A DNA stretch of 52,099 nucleotides. Source: a bacterium (GTDB lineage Bacteria; Bacteroidota; Ignavibacteria; Kapaibacteriales; Kapaibacteriaceae). The notes beneath the pieces are model-generated. The model had not been told where the DNA came from. It worked only from the letters and a program-made list of their open reading frames with translations, and did not search any database. This document shows positions 39,567-48,624 of this stretch, piece after piece. How positions within the stretch are numbered: position 1 is the stretch's first letter; every line of letters starts with the position of its first letter. Both the position numbers and the translations under genes were made by a program. The DNA is taken from contig JANJTN010000146.1 in assembly GCA_024711065.1 (NCBI GenBank), forward strand, positions 1-52,099. The letters run 5' to 3'.

Positions 39567-40449
39567 CAGCCTGCCGCACGGCGTGCTGAAGTTCGGGGAT
39601 TAGGGAGGCTTCTTCTGCTGGAAGAAAGAAGAAGTTATTCACGTAATCGGCCGTGGTCAGGTGTTCCAGATCCTGGTACTGTTCCACGGTGAAGTCTACG
39701 AGCGGGCGCAATTCACCCGCTCTTGTGTCTACGAACCACCCGAGATACCCCCGCTCCTGCAGGTCTTCAAAGACGTGCAGGATCGGCTCGCTGTGGTGCC
39801 GCTGTTCGATCTCGATCAACAGTCGTGGACGCAGCGATTCCAACACGTGGAGTCCGCCGCGTACCACGTGACCTTCGTGGCCTTCCACATCGATCTTGAT
39901 GAAGTCCACCCGAGTCCAGCCACGATCCACCACCACACGGTCCAGGGTTGACAGTTGCACCTGGATATGACGGGCGTCGGTCTCACCGACATCTACGAAG
40001 CGCTCCAGTGTCGCTCGTGACGTGTACACCTGTTCGCCCATGATCGGAACCTTGATCTCGGCCGTTCCTTCCTGATCCGACAGCGCCAACCCCAACAGGA
40101 CCACGTTCGGGAAGTACTGTCGAAGGTGGGCGGCATTGGTGGGTTCCGGCTCGATGGCCAGGATGTTCTCCGATGCCGTGAGTTGCTCCATCGCATACAG
40201 GTAGTGCCCGCGGTTTGCACCGACATCGATACAGACCGGCTGGTGTTTGCCGCTGAGCAGGACCGGCAGCAGCACTAACTCCGGCTCCACCGGCTTTGCG
40301 ATGCGCAGGTCGGAGAGGTGATAGCGACGCACGATCCGGAACTCCCGATCCTTGACCCTGCGCGGGAACAATCTTCGCTCCAGCCCGCGGCTGCTCTTAC
40401 GGAGCCAGTGTTTGAACATCATGTCAACGGCATCAAGTAATAGTCTCAT
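39556..40449 (-). CDS. FkbM-family SAM-dependent methyltransferase
   Basis: [27 protein letters not shown] and [10 protein letters not shown] motifs. The 3' end overlaps the glyA 3' end by 11 nt. Confidence 0.8.
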   Translation of the reverse strand: MRLLLDAVDMMFKHWLRKSSRGLERRLFPRRVKDREFRIVRRYHLSDLRIAKPVEPELVLLPVLLSGKHQPVCIDVGANRGHYLYAMEQLTASENILAIEPEPTNAAHLRQYFPNVVLLGLALSDQEGTAEIKVPIMGEQVYTSRATLERFVDVGETDARHIQVQLSTLDRVVVDRGWTRVDFIKIDVEGHEGHVVRGGLHVLESLRPRLLIEIEQRHHSEPILHVFEDLQERGYLGWFVDTRAGELRPLVDFTVEQYQDLEHLTTADYVNNFFFLPAEEASLIPELQHAVRQAASA

Positions 40450-40573
40450 TGAAAAGATACACCGAAGGCTCGCTGTTCATGCCCTACCTCTCCCTGTCGC
40501 TTCGCGACATCCCTCTCCAGCCTGGAGTGGAAACCATTACTCCCGTGGAGCTCGTCTGCGAGCTATACTCTGT

Positions 40574-40614
40574 AACGGCAACAGCCAACAGCTCACAGCA
40601 ACAGCCAACAGCTA
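40574..40614. repeat. tandem ACAGCNN heptamers with a 20-nt higher-order repeat
   Basis: The 16-mer GCAACAGCCAACAGCT occurs twice (40578-40593 and 40598-40613). The array runs into the tsaD stop codon. Confidence 0.85.
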
Positions 40615-41604
40615 CCGAGCACGCAAGGCTTTAGGGTTCACCATAAAGTCCAGCGCCGACGGCGCAGCAGCGCCGGCACGCGCCGCCGCGAGAAAGCCGA
40701 TCATGGCTGCATTGTCCACGCAATAGTCCATGCGTGGCGCTACAAACGTTAGCCCCCTTCGATCACATTCGGACTGCATGGTGGCACGGAGTTCGGAGTT
40801 AGCGCTCACACCGCCGGCAATGGACAAAGCGCCAACGTTGAATTGTTCGGCAGCGCGCATCGTCTTGGTTACCAGCACCTCCACGATGGCGCGTTGCGCC
40901 GAGGCGCAGACGTCTTCGATCCGTGCTGCACCAGCAGCGTCGCGCAGGTAGTAGCGGACGGCCGTCTTGAGTCCACTGAACGAAAAGTCAAAACTGTCAT
41001 CTCGCAATAGACCTCTGGGAAACGCGATCGCTTCCGGATCGCCATCGCGTGCCAGACGATCGATGTGGGGTCCACCCGGATACCCCAGTCCCAACAGCTT
41101 GGAGATCTTGTCGAAGGCCTCCCCTGCCGCATCGTCGCGCGTAGAACCCAGGATCTCGAAGTGCTCGTACGACCGCACCAGAAAGATGCTGGTATGACCG
41201 CCACTCACAACCAGGGCGATGGACGGAAAGGGCAGGTCCGAGTGCTCCAGATATCCGGAGTACACATGCGCTTCGATGTGATGCACCGGATACACCGGCA
41301 ACTGATGGCGCAGGGCCAGACCCTTGGCCACGTGCGTACCCACCAGCAGCGAACCGGCAAGGCCAGGACCGCTGGTGACGGCAATGGCCTGGACGTCTTC
41401 GATGCCGACTCCAGCCTGTGCCAGTGCAGCATGCGTGATCGGTCCGATGGCCCGCACATGTTCGCGCGATGCCAGCTCCGGTACAATGCCGCCCCAATCG
41501 TTATGGATGGGTTGCGACGAGATCACGTTGCTCAGCACTTCGCGGTCGCGCACCACGGCTACCGACGTGTCGTCGCAGGATGTTTCTATCGCCAGAATGG
41601 TCAC
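40612..41604 (-). CDS. tsaD: tRNA N6-adenosine threonylcarbamoyltransferase
   Basis: ILAIETSCDDTSVAVV and VHHIEAHV motifs. A GTG at 41604 gives a GTGA overlap with the cinA stop and an N-terminus matching other TsaD proteins. The track start is 41619. Confidence 0.9.
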   Translation of the reverse strand: MTILAIETSCDDTSVAVVRDREVLSNVISSQPIHNDWGGIVPELASREHVRAIGPITHAALAQAGVGIEDVQAIAVTSGPGLAGSLLVGTHVAKGLALRHQLPVYPVHHIEAHVYSGYLEHSDLPFPSIALVVSGGHTSIFLVRSYEHFEILGSTRDDAAGEAFDKISKLLGLGYPGGPHIDRLARDGDPEAIAFPRGLLRDDSFDFSFSGLKTAVRYYLRDAAGAARIEDVCASAQRAIVEVLVTKTMRAAEQFNVGALSIAGGVSANSELRATMQSECDRRGLTFVAPRMDYCVDNAAMIGFLAAARAGAAAPSALDFMVNPKALRAR

Positions 41605-42842
41605 CGTAGCTCTCCCCACAGCATACCAAGAGCAGCGCCCACGGATCGCTCACGATTGGTACGCCGCTCGGAACCGAACTGGTGACGCATAGCGCGGGTG
41701 CCCTTTGGACCGCTCACGGCGATCCACACCGTGCCCACGGGTTTATCCGGCGAGCCCCCACCCGGTCCGGCCACGCCGGTGATCCCGATCCCCCAGGTGG
41801 TGTTCATGCGCTGCCGGATGCCCTCGGCCATTTGCCGGGCCACCTCTTCGCTTACGGCACCAACGCGTTCGAGCGCAGCAGGCTCTACACCGAGATGGCC
41901 GATCTTGATACGATTGTCATAGGAGATCACCCCACCCGGGAACCACGAGCTGGAGCCGGCCACATCCGTGATGGCAGCACCAAGCAAACCACCGGTGCAA
42001 GACTCTGCAACAGCAAGTGTCTCGTTCCGCTCGTTCAGGCGTTGTCCAACGGCCTGGCTGAGCGAGATCTCACCGGTACCGAAGATGAAGCGTCCCACAC
42101 GCTCTTCGAGCACGGCGATGATGCGTTCGGCTTCCCGTGCGCGTTCTTCGACGGAACGACCTTCGACGCCGATCCGCAACCGCACCCCCTGAAGGTTGGG
42201 CAGGAAGGCCAGCGTAGCACTACCAAGGAACGCTGTGGGGTCGCCGATCAGATCTGCCAGGTTGCTCTCGGCAATGCCGGTGGTCTGCAGCACGTGATAC
42301 GATCGAAGGGGGCCTTCTTCGAGCGCGATGCGCTCTTGCAGCCGCGGCAGCACCTGATCGGTCATGATCGCCTTCATCTCCTGGGGTACGCCGGGCATGG
42401 CGATCACCGTGGTACCGGCGATCGACATCATCAGTCCCGGGGCCGTACCGATCGGATTCCACAGCACGGTGGCCGTCGAAGGTACTTCGGCTTGGGCGGC
42501 ATTCCGCTCGGTCAGTTCGCGTCCACGCTGCTGCATCCACGCGCGCAAATGTGCGAGCCAATCAGGGTGCACCACCATGTGGTCGTTGGCCATGGAACAC
42601 AGCACCTGCGCGGTGATATCGTCGTGCGTCGGTCCCAAGCCCCCTGTCAGCAAAAGCATGGCACATCGTGCGCCAAGACGCGTGATCTCTTGTTGCAGGT
42701 CGTGGGCATCATCGCCCACCACACTATGGGCCACCACGCGTGCGCCCAATGCCGTACATTGCTCGGCGATCCAGGCGGCGTTGCGATTCACGACCTGACC
42801 GATCAGGAGCTCGTCGCCAATGGTGATCACTGCGATATCCAT
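41601..42842 (-). CDS. cinA: CinA-family protein (MoCF-binding domain + nicotinamide-nucleotide amidase domain)
   Basis: 413 aa. MDIAVITIGDELLIGQVVNRNAAWIA N-terminus and a C-terminal PncC-like domain (LAVAESCTGGLLG). Confidence 0.9.
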   Translation of the reverse strand: MDIAVITIGDELLIGQVVNRNAAWIAEQCTALGARVVAHSVVGDDAHDLQQEITRLGARCAMLLLTGGLGPTHDDITAQVLCSMANDHMVVHPDWLAHLRAWMQQRGRELTERNAAQAEVPSTATVLWNPIGTAPGLMMSIAGTTVIAMPGVPQEMKAIMTDQVLPRLQERIALEEGPLRSYHVLQTTGIAESNLADLIGDPTAFLGSATLAFLPNLQGVRLRIGVEGRSVEERAREAERIIAVLEERVGRFIFGTGEISLSQAVGQRLNERNETLAVAESCTGGLLGAAITDVAGSSSWFPGGVISYDNRIKIGHLGVEPAALERVGAVSEEVARQMAEGIRQRMNTTWGIGITGVAGPGGGSPDKPVGTVWIAVSGPKGTRAMRHQFGSERRTNRERSVGAALGMLWGELR

Positions 42843-42869
42843 GTTCCAAATCTACGGTATGCGGTCCCC

Positions 42870-44318
42870 ATGGAACTTGTCCTCATTCACGGCTACTCCT
42901 CCAGCGCCCGGGCCTTCGAGGAGTCCTTTGGTGCAACACTGCTCAACGCCAATGCCGACCGCGGTAGCAGCGCCATATCGGATCTGCGGCTGCGCTATGC
43001 CGACTACGTCTCCCTGGACGACCAGGTGTGCCTGGAAGACGTGGCCGAGAGTCTCTATCTGGAGTTGGAGCGGACCGGATTGCTGCAAGGGGCTGGTCGA
43101 ACGCTGCGCTTCATCGTGCACAGCACCGGTGGCATCGTGGTACGGCAGCTGCTCAAGCAGTATGCGTGGGCACGCATCGACGAGCGCATCGCCTCCATCG
43201 TCTTCCTGGCACCGGCCAACTTTGGTTCGCCGCTGGCCCACAAAGGCCGCAGTCAGCTGGGACGTCTGAAAACGATGGTGGTGGATGGATTGATGGAAGG
43301 CGATACGTATGTAACGCCGTGGCAGTTCGGCGAGGTGGGCGAGCCGATCCTGAAGGATCTGGAGATGGCTTCTCCTCGACAATGGGATCTGTCCGACCAC
43401 GACCTGCTGCATCCACAGCGAGGCAGTCTGTATGGCCCCGACGGGATCAATGCCTGGGTCTTCACCGGCGCCAAGGCTGGCGGGCTGGTGGCCTTGATCG
43501 CCGACGTGCGCGGTACCGACGGTGTGATCACCACTAGTGGTGCCGGCCTGAGTATTCGGCGTCTGACGTTGGACCTTGTGCACGGGCGGCGCACTCAGCG
43601 CGATACCGATCCGGGATGGTCGAAACAACAGCGAGCGGACCGGCTGCCGATGGTGCCGCAGGTTGTGCTGGACGACCTGGATCACGGAACGATCCTGACC
43701 GATGTCGAAGTAGCCGACGTCGTGCTGGATGCCGTGATGGCTGACACCGAAGCGGACCGGAGCGCTGTGGCAGAACGGATCGAGAAGATCCATGCCAAGC
43801 ATCGAACGGCAACGGCAGATGTCTATCAGCAATTCGTGTTTCGCGTGCGCGACGATCGAGGCAACCCTGTGCCGGACTATGACGTGAGCTTTCAGGTCTG
43901 GTCGCTATCGCGCCTGACCTCCTCCGGTGTGGCTCCCCAGGTCGGACAAGCACTATTCTCGGCTTCCGTGCCGGTACAACAGCGGCTGTCGTACCGCGAT
44001 GCCCAGCGAACGCTCACCCTAGACGCCTCTCTGCGCAAAGGTGCTCATCGGCATTCCGAAGGCCACCATTTCCGACGGTTCCTGGTGAATCTTACCGAGT
44101 TGGAGACCCTGCTTGGAGCCGATACCGTGCTGACGTTCAGTCTGGTAGCCACCACCGGCGACGAACGGATCCACTACGCCAGTGAGGACGTGACCGATAT
44201 CGTGATCCATCCATCCGGTGCCGGCGAGCCGTCGTTGTTCTATCCGCATACCACCACACAGGTGGACGTGACCATCGACCGTTGGTCCGATCAGGGGTCG
44301 GTGGTCCTCCTCAAATAG
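42870..44318 (+). CDS. alpha/beta-hydrolase (lipase/esterase-like) with ~280-aa C-terminal region of unknown function
   Basis: Real start taken as the ATG at 42870, just past the cinA start. The upstream part of the 878-aa track ORF is antisense to cinA. LVLIHGYSSS and nucleophile elbow VHSTGG. The C-terminal half has no motif I recognise. Confidence 0.65.
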   Translation: MELVLIHGYSSSARAFEESFGATLLNANADRGSSAISDLRLRYADYVSLDDQVCLEDVAESLYLELERTGLLQGAGRTLRFIVHSTGGIVVRQLLKQYAWARIDERIASIVFLAPANFGSPLAHKGRSQLGRLKTMVVDGLMEGDTYVTPWQFGEVGEPILKDLEMASPRQWDLSDHDLLHPQRGSLYGPDGINAWVFTGAKAGGLVALIADVRGTDGVITTSGAGLSIRRLTLDLVHGRRTQRDTDPGWSKQQRADRLPMVPQVVLDDLDHGTILTDVEVADVVLDAVMADTEADRSAVAERIEKIHAKHRTATADVYQQFVFRVRDDRGNPVPDYDVSFQVWSLSRLTSSGVAPQVGQALFSASVPVQQRLSYRDAQRTLTLDASLRKGAHRHSEGHHFRRFLVNLTELETLLGADTVLTFSLVATTGDERIHYASEDVTDIVIHPSGAGEPSLFYPHTTTQVDVTIDRWSDQGSVVLLK

Positions 44319-44323
44319 CAAAC

Positions 44324-44348
44324 GGCCGCACGCCAAAGGCGAACGGCC
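44324..44348. terminator. hairpin between convergent genes (possible bidirectional terminator)
   Basis: GGCCGCACGCC-AAA-GGCGAACGGCC: 9 of 11 stem positions pair. No clear U-tract. Confidence 0.35.
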
Positions 44349-44374
44349 GTGAAGTTGGACCGTTGTTGAGGATC

Positions 44375-44758
44375 TTACGACAGTTTCTGCCGGATCTTCT
44401 TGTCGCTCATACCGCGCAGGTAGTACAGCTTAGCGCGACGAACGCTGCCACGCTTGACCACTTCCAGGCTCTGGATGATGGGAGAGTTGATCGGGAAGAT
44501 CCGCTCTACACCAACACCGTTGGAGATCTTGCGGACGCGGAACGTTTCGTTGATGCCGGAACCGCGACGTGCGATCACCACACCCTGGAAGTTCTGGATC
44601 CGCTCTTTTTCGCCCTCGACCACGCGGACAGCGATCTTCACCGTGTCGCCCGGACGGAAGTCCGGAATGTCCGGCGAACCTTCGCCACCGCTTGCCTTGC
44701 GCATCTCGAATGCGGCAGCGGCCGAGGCCTTTTCGATGTTCTTGACTTTGGGATGCAT
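44375..44758 (-). CDS. rplS: 50S ribosomal protein L19
   Basis: ATG at 44758. [57 protein letters not shown] is a classic L19 core. Confidence 0.95.
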   Translation of the reverse strand: MHPKVKNIEKASAAAAFEMRKASGGEGSPDIPDFRPGDTVKIAVRVVEGEKERIQNFQGVVIARRGSGINETFRVRKISNGVGVERIFPINSPIIQSLEVVKRGSVRRAKLYYLRGMSDKKIRQKLS

Positions 44759-44956
44759 GGAATGACTCCGAGTATCTAGCGTTGTTGACCTTGGAATAGG
44801 ACAGCAAACATACGGAAGGAATCCCATTCCCCACAAGTGCCTATTCAACAAGTGGTTACGGGTACCAGCCCCCTACCTGACTTCGGTCAGGATAATCGCC
44901 TCCGATTTTCCCTATGTTCATCCTCAATCAACCAACTCATTTCGAGGGGATCACCG

Positions 44957-47089
44957 ATGAAAAACTATGATGCACACCATATCAGGAACATCGCCCTACT
45001 CGGGCATGCAGGCTCCGGCAAGACGACGATCGCCGAGGCCATGCTGTTCGAGTCGGGCGAGATCAGTCGACGTGGCGCCGTAGAAGACGGTTCGACGGTC
45101 TCGGACTATCACGAGATCGAGCACGAGCGCAGCGGCTCGGTGTTCGGCACTCCCCTATTTGCCGAGTGGCGAGACTACAAGATCAACATCATCGACACAC
45201 CCGGATACGTGGACTACGTGGGCGAGGTGATCAGCGCCTTGCGTGTGGTGGACACCGGCATTATGGTGTTGAACGCTCACCACGGCGTAGAGGTCGGCAC
45301 AGAAACGATCTGGAAGTACACCAAGGAGTTCAACACACCGATCATCTTAGTGGTGAACAAGGTGGACCACGACCAGAGCAACTTCTGGCGAACGGTGGAG
45401 CAGGCCAAGGACCGGTTCGGCCGCGAGGTCACCGTCGTGCAGTATCCCATGAACGAAGGCAATGGCTTCAACACGATCATCGACGTGCTAAAGATGACGG
45501 CCTATGTGTTCCCACCGTCCGGCGGCAAACCCGAAAAACAGCCGATCCCGGAATCGGAACAGGAACGCGCCAAGCAACTACACAATGAGCTGATCGAGAT
45601 CGTGGCCGAGAACGACGAGAATCTGATGGACCACTATCTCGAAAAGGGCGAACTCGACGAAGACGAGATGCGCCACGGCTTGACCACCACGCTCATCAAG
45701 CGCCAGATCTTTCCGGTCTTCTGCACGTCGGCCCGGAACGACATGGGCACCGGACGTCTGATGACGTTCATTGACAATGTGATCCCCGCCCCGGTGGAAA
45801 TGCCGCCGATCGCCACCGTGTCCGGCGCCGAGCTCTCGGCCGATCCGAACGGCAAGACCTGCCTATTCGTGTTCAAGTCCATCTCCGAACCGAACGTTGG
45901 CGACATGTCGTTCTTCCGGGTGTACTCCGGCACGGTGAAGCACGGCATGGACGTTGTGAACGAGCAGACCGGCGTGACCGAACGTCTTGGCCAGCTCTTC
46001 GTGGTCAACGGCAAGAATCGCAGCGAGGTGTCGGAGCTCCAAGCCGGCGACATTGGCGCAGTGGTCAAGCTGAAGAACACGCACGTGAACAATACGCTGC
46101 ACGACAAGGGTTTCAACCTGGTCCTACCCGCCATCGAGTTCCCGGCGCCGAAAGTGCGCGCATCTGTGGTGTCCAACCGCAAAGGCGATGAAGACAAACT
46201 GGGGCTCGCCCTGCACAGTCTGCATGAAGAGGATCCCACGCTGGTGATCGAGCACTCCCAGGAACTCAAGCAGGTGATCCTATATGGCCAGGGAGAGATG
46301 CACCTGCAGACCGCCAAACACCGACTGGAGCATCGCCATAAACTGGATGTGCACTTCGAGTCGGCGCGCGTCCCCTTTCGTGAGTCGATCCGCAAGACGG
46401 TCAACAGCATGTACCGGCACAAGAAGCAATCGGGGGGGGCCGGTCAGTTCGCCGAGGTCCATATGCGCGTCGAACCCTTCAGCGAAGGCATGCCCGCGCC
46501 GGAAGGTCTCACGGTCCGCGGTACCGAAGAGCACCCACTGCCCTGGGGCGGCAAGCTCGTGTTCATCAACAGCATCGTTGGTGGCGTGATCGACCAGCGC
46601 TTCCTGCCCGCGATCCTCAAGGGCGTGATGGAGCGGATGCACGAAGGACCGGTGACCGGCTCCTACGTTCGCGATATCCGTGTGACGGTCTTCGACGGCA
46701 AGATGCATGCCGTGGATTCCAACGAAGCAGCCTTCAAGACCGCCGGACGTATGGCGTTCCGCGATGCCTTCATCCAGGCCGACCCGTACCTGCTGGAACC
46801 GATCTACCATGTGCAGATCATCACTCCGGAAGAACAGGTCGGAGAGATCATGAGCGACCTACCGCTGCGGCGCGCCGAGATCGTTGGCATCGATGCCGAT
46901 GGCCACTATCAGATCGTGCGTACGCGCATGCCGCTGGCTGAGCTGGATCGATACTCAACGGTCCTCCGCAGCCTCACGGCCGGACGTGCAACCTTTTCCG
47001 CCGAATTCACGGAGTACGCCCCGGTGCCGGGCAACATTCAACACGACCTGCACCAGGAGTATCTCAAACACCAGTCAGAGGAGGAGTAA
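44957..47089 (+). CDS. elongation factor G paralog (EF-G-like translational GTPase)
   Basis: ATG at 44957. G1 GHAGSGKTT (canonical EF-G has AHIDAGKTT), G3 DTPG, G4 NKVD, and domain IV motif HKKQSGGAGQF. Not located in an rpsL-rpsG-fusA-tuf context. Confidence 0.85.
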   Translation: MKNYDAHHIRNIALLGHAGSGKTTIAEAMLFESGEISRRGAVEDGSTVSDYHEIEHERSGSVFGTPLFAEWRDYKINIIDTPGYVDYVGEVISALRVVDTGIMVLNAHHGVEVGTETIWKYTKEFNTPIILVVNKVDHDQSNFWRTVEQAKDRFGREVTVVQYPMNEGNGFNTIIDVLKMTAYVFPPSGGKPEKQPIPESEQERAKQLHNELIEIVAENDENLMDHYLEKGELDEDEMRHGLTTTLIKRQIFPVFCTSARNDMGTGRLMTFIDNVIPAPVEMPPIATVSGAELSADPNGKTCLFVFKSISEPNVGDMSFFRVYSGTVKHGMDVVNEQTGVTERLGQLFVVNGKNRSEVSELQAGDIGAVVKLKNTHVNNTLHDKGFNLVLPAIEFPAPKVRASVVSNRKGDEDKLGLALHSLHEEDPTLVIEHSQELKQVILYGQGEMHLQTAKHRLEHRHKLDVHFESARVPFRESIRKTVNSMYRHKKQSGGAGQFAEVHMRVEPFSEGMPAPEGLTVRGTEEHPLPWGGKLVFINSIVGGVIDQRFLPAILKGVMERMHEGPVTGSYVRDIRVTVFDGKMHAVDSNEAAFKTAGRMAFRDAFIQADPYLLEPIYHVQIITPEEQVGEIMSDLPLRRAEIVGIDADGHYQIVRTRMPLAELDRYSTVLRSLTAGRATFSAEFTEYAPVPGNIQHDLHQEYLKHQSEEE

Positions 47090-47892
47090 TGCCACATCCA
47101 GGACAGTTCGTCTGGTACGAACTGATGACCCGCAACCTGACGGCCGCCCAGGAATTCTACGGCGCGGTGGTCGGTTGGCACTTTACACCATGGGAGGGAG
47201 GCGACGGCGTGCCCTATCTCATGATGAGTCGCACCAGCGACCCCAAGGATTCGTTAGGGGGCTTGATGGAGATGCGAGAACCGGAGTTTCCCAAGGAACT
47301 CCCCACGCACTTCATGGGCTACATCAGTGTGGATAGCGCCGATGATACAGCTGCTCAAGTGCGTGAACTGGGTGGGACCGTGATCCACGGACCGGAGGAT
47401 ATTCCGAAGGTTGGACGGTTCGCGATCCTTGCCGATCCGCAAGGTGCCGCGTTTGCCGTACTGCAGTCGCTGAACAACGAATGGGAGAAAGAGCCGGCAA
47501 CGATCGGCGACGTGTCGTGGGTGGAACTATCCACCACGGACCATGAAGCCGCCTTTGGGTTCTATCAGGCACTGTTCGGCTGGGAGGTCAAGGTAGACAT
47601 GGACATGGGCGGAGGAAACATCTACCGACTCGTCTCCTGCCCCGGCAGTCCGGCCGAGGAAGCATCCTACGGTTTTGGCGGTATGTTCACCAGAACGGCG
47701 GACATGCCGGGACCAACGGCATGGACCTACTTCTTCTGGGTGGCAGACCTGAACGCGTCGCTGCAGACGGCCACCGCCTTGGGCGGAACGATCTTGATCG
47801 GACCAATGGATGTGCCGGGCGGTTCTCGCGTGGCCTATCTCACGGATCCCGAAGGAACCGTTTTTGCCCTGCAGGGTATGGGTGCCGCGTAG
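47089..47892 (+). CDS. VOC (glyoxalase/bleomycin-resistance fold) family protein, two tandem domains
   Basis: 267 aa. FVWYELMT...FYGAVVGWHF and a second VSWVELST...FYQALFGWEV module. The start overlaps the EF-G-like stop (TAATG). Confidence 0.8.
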   Translation: MPHPGQFVWYELMTRNLTAAQEFYGAVVGWHFTPWEGGDGVPYLMMSRTSDPKDSLGGLMEMREPEFPKELPTHFMGYISVDSADDTAAQVRELGGTVIHGPEDIPKVGRFAILADPQGAAFAVLQSLNNEWEKEPATIGDVSWVELSTTDHEAAFGFYQALFGWEVKVDMDMGGGNIYRLVSCPGSPAEEASYGFGGMFTRTADMPGPTAWTYFFWVADLNASLQTATALGGTILIGPMDVPGGSRVAYLTDPEGTVFALQGMGAA

Positions 47893-47904
47893 GTCGGTGG
47901 GCTG

Positions 47905-48624
47905 TCACTCAGCCTCGAGTGCCAGCACCGTCCCTTGTTCGTCGATGAGTTTCAAGGCCGAGCCAACGCGCTCGGCCTTGTACGTTAGCATCCGGCCTGA
48001 CGGTTGTTCCACCGTCAGGATCACGTCGTGGGTCGTAGGATCCACGTCCACATGGGTCTGCACCCGAGCCCCTTTCCATTCAGCGGTCATGTTCGTGCTG
48101 AACTGGTAGCGAGCGCCCGTAGCATCGCGATAGGCCCCGTAGAGCACGGCGGCATTGATGATCCGCTCCATCAGGAACAAGGCGTCCTGGCGTTCGGATG
48201 GAAGACGTCCGAGCACCACGGGCATTCCACCGAGGTTGCCCACGTCGTACAGGGCAATGAACGATGCCGAGCGGTCATCGAGCGAGAGGGACCACTCCGG
48301 GGAGTGTTCGGTGCCCATCACCCACCGCAGGTCGTCGCCATGCAGCCGCGTTTTGCGGAGGACCTGCTCCTCCATGGCACCAAAGCCGTAGCCAACCTTG
48401 ATCAGGCCTTCGGCATTGGTACTGTCGATCTCTACCCAGAACGGATGTCCCTGACCAACCTCCTTCATGGCCAGCGGCACCGAAGCGGTCTGCTTGAGGG
48501 CCTGAATGAATCCGGCATGGATCCAGGCACCGTCCAGCTGACCGTACGTCTGTGCTGATAGGATCGGTGCGCTGCTGAACAACAACGCACACATGGCGAA
48601 CAGTCTCACGAGTAGTGGTTGCAT
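47905..48624 (-). CDS. secreted hypothetical protein
   Basis: Signal MQPLLVRLFAMCALLFSSAPILSAQ. No recognisable motif. The start overlaps the P5C-dehydrogenase stop (TGATG). Confidence 0.6.
   Translation of the reverse strand: MQPLLVRLFAMCALLFSSAPILSAQTYGQLDGAWIHAGFIQALKQTASVPLAMKEVGQGHPFWVEIDSTNAEGLIKVGYGFGAMEEQVLRKTRLHGDDLRWVMGTEHSPEWSLSLDDRSASFIALYDVGNLGGMPVVLGRLPSERQDALFLMERIINAAVLYGAYRDATGARYQFSTNMTAEWKGARVQTHVDVDPTTHDVILTVEQPSGRMLTYKAERVGSALKLIDEQGTVLALEAE

Noticed and set aside
41682-42869. N-terminal 396 aa of the 878-aa plus-strand ORF
   Set aside because: Antisense and codon-aligned to cinA and to the tsaD 5' end. The recognisable alpha/beta-hydrolase sequence begins only at the ATG at 42870, just past the cinA start.
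44876-44891. Perfect CCTGAC-TTCG-GTCAGG hairpin in the rplS/EF-G-like divergent spacer
   Set aside because: A 6-bp stem with a UUCG loop is stable, but it is isolated. I cannot tie it to any known leader, riboswitch or attenuator, so I treat it as an unremarkable structure.
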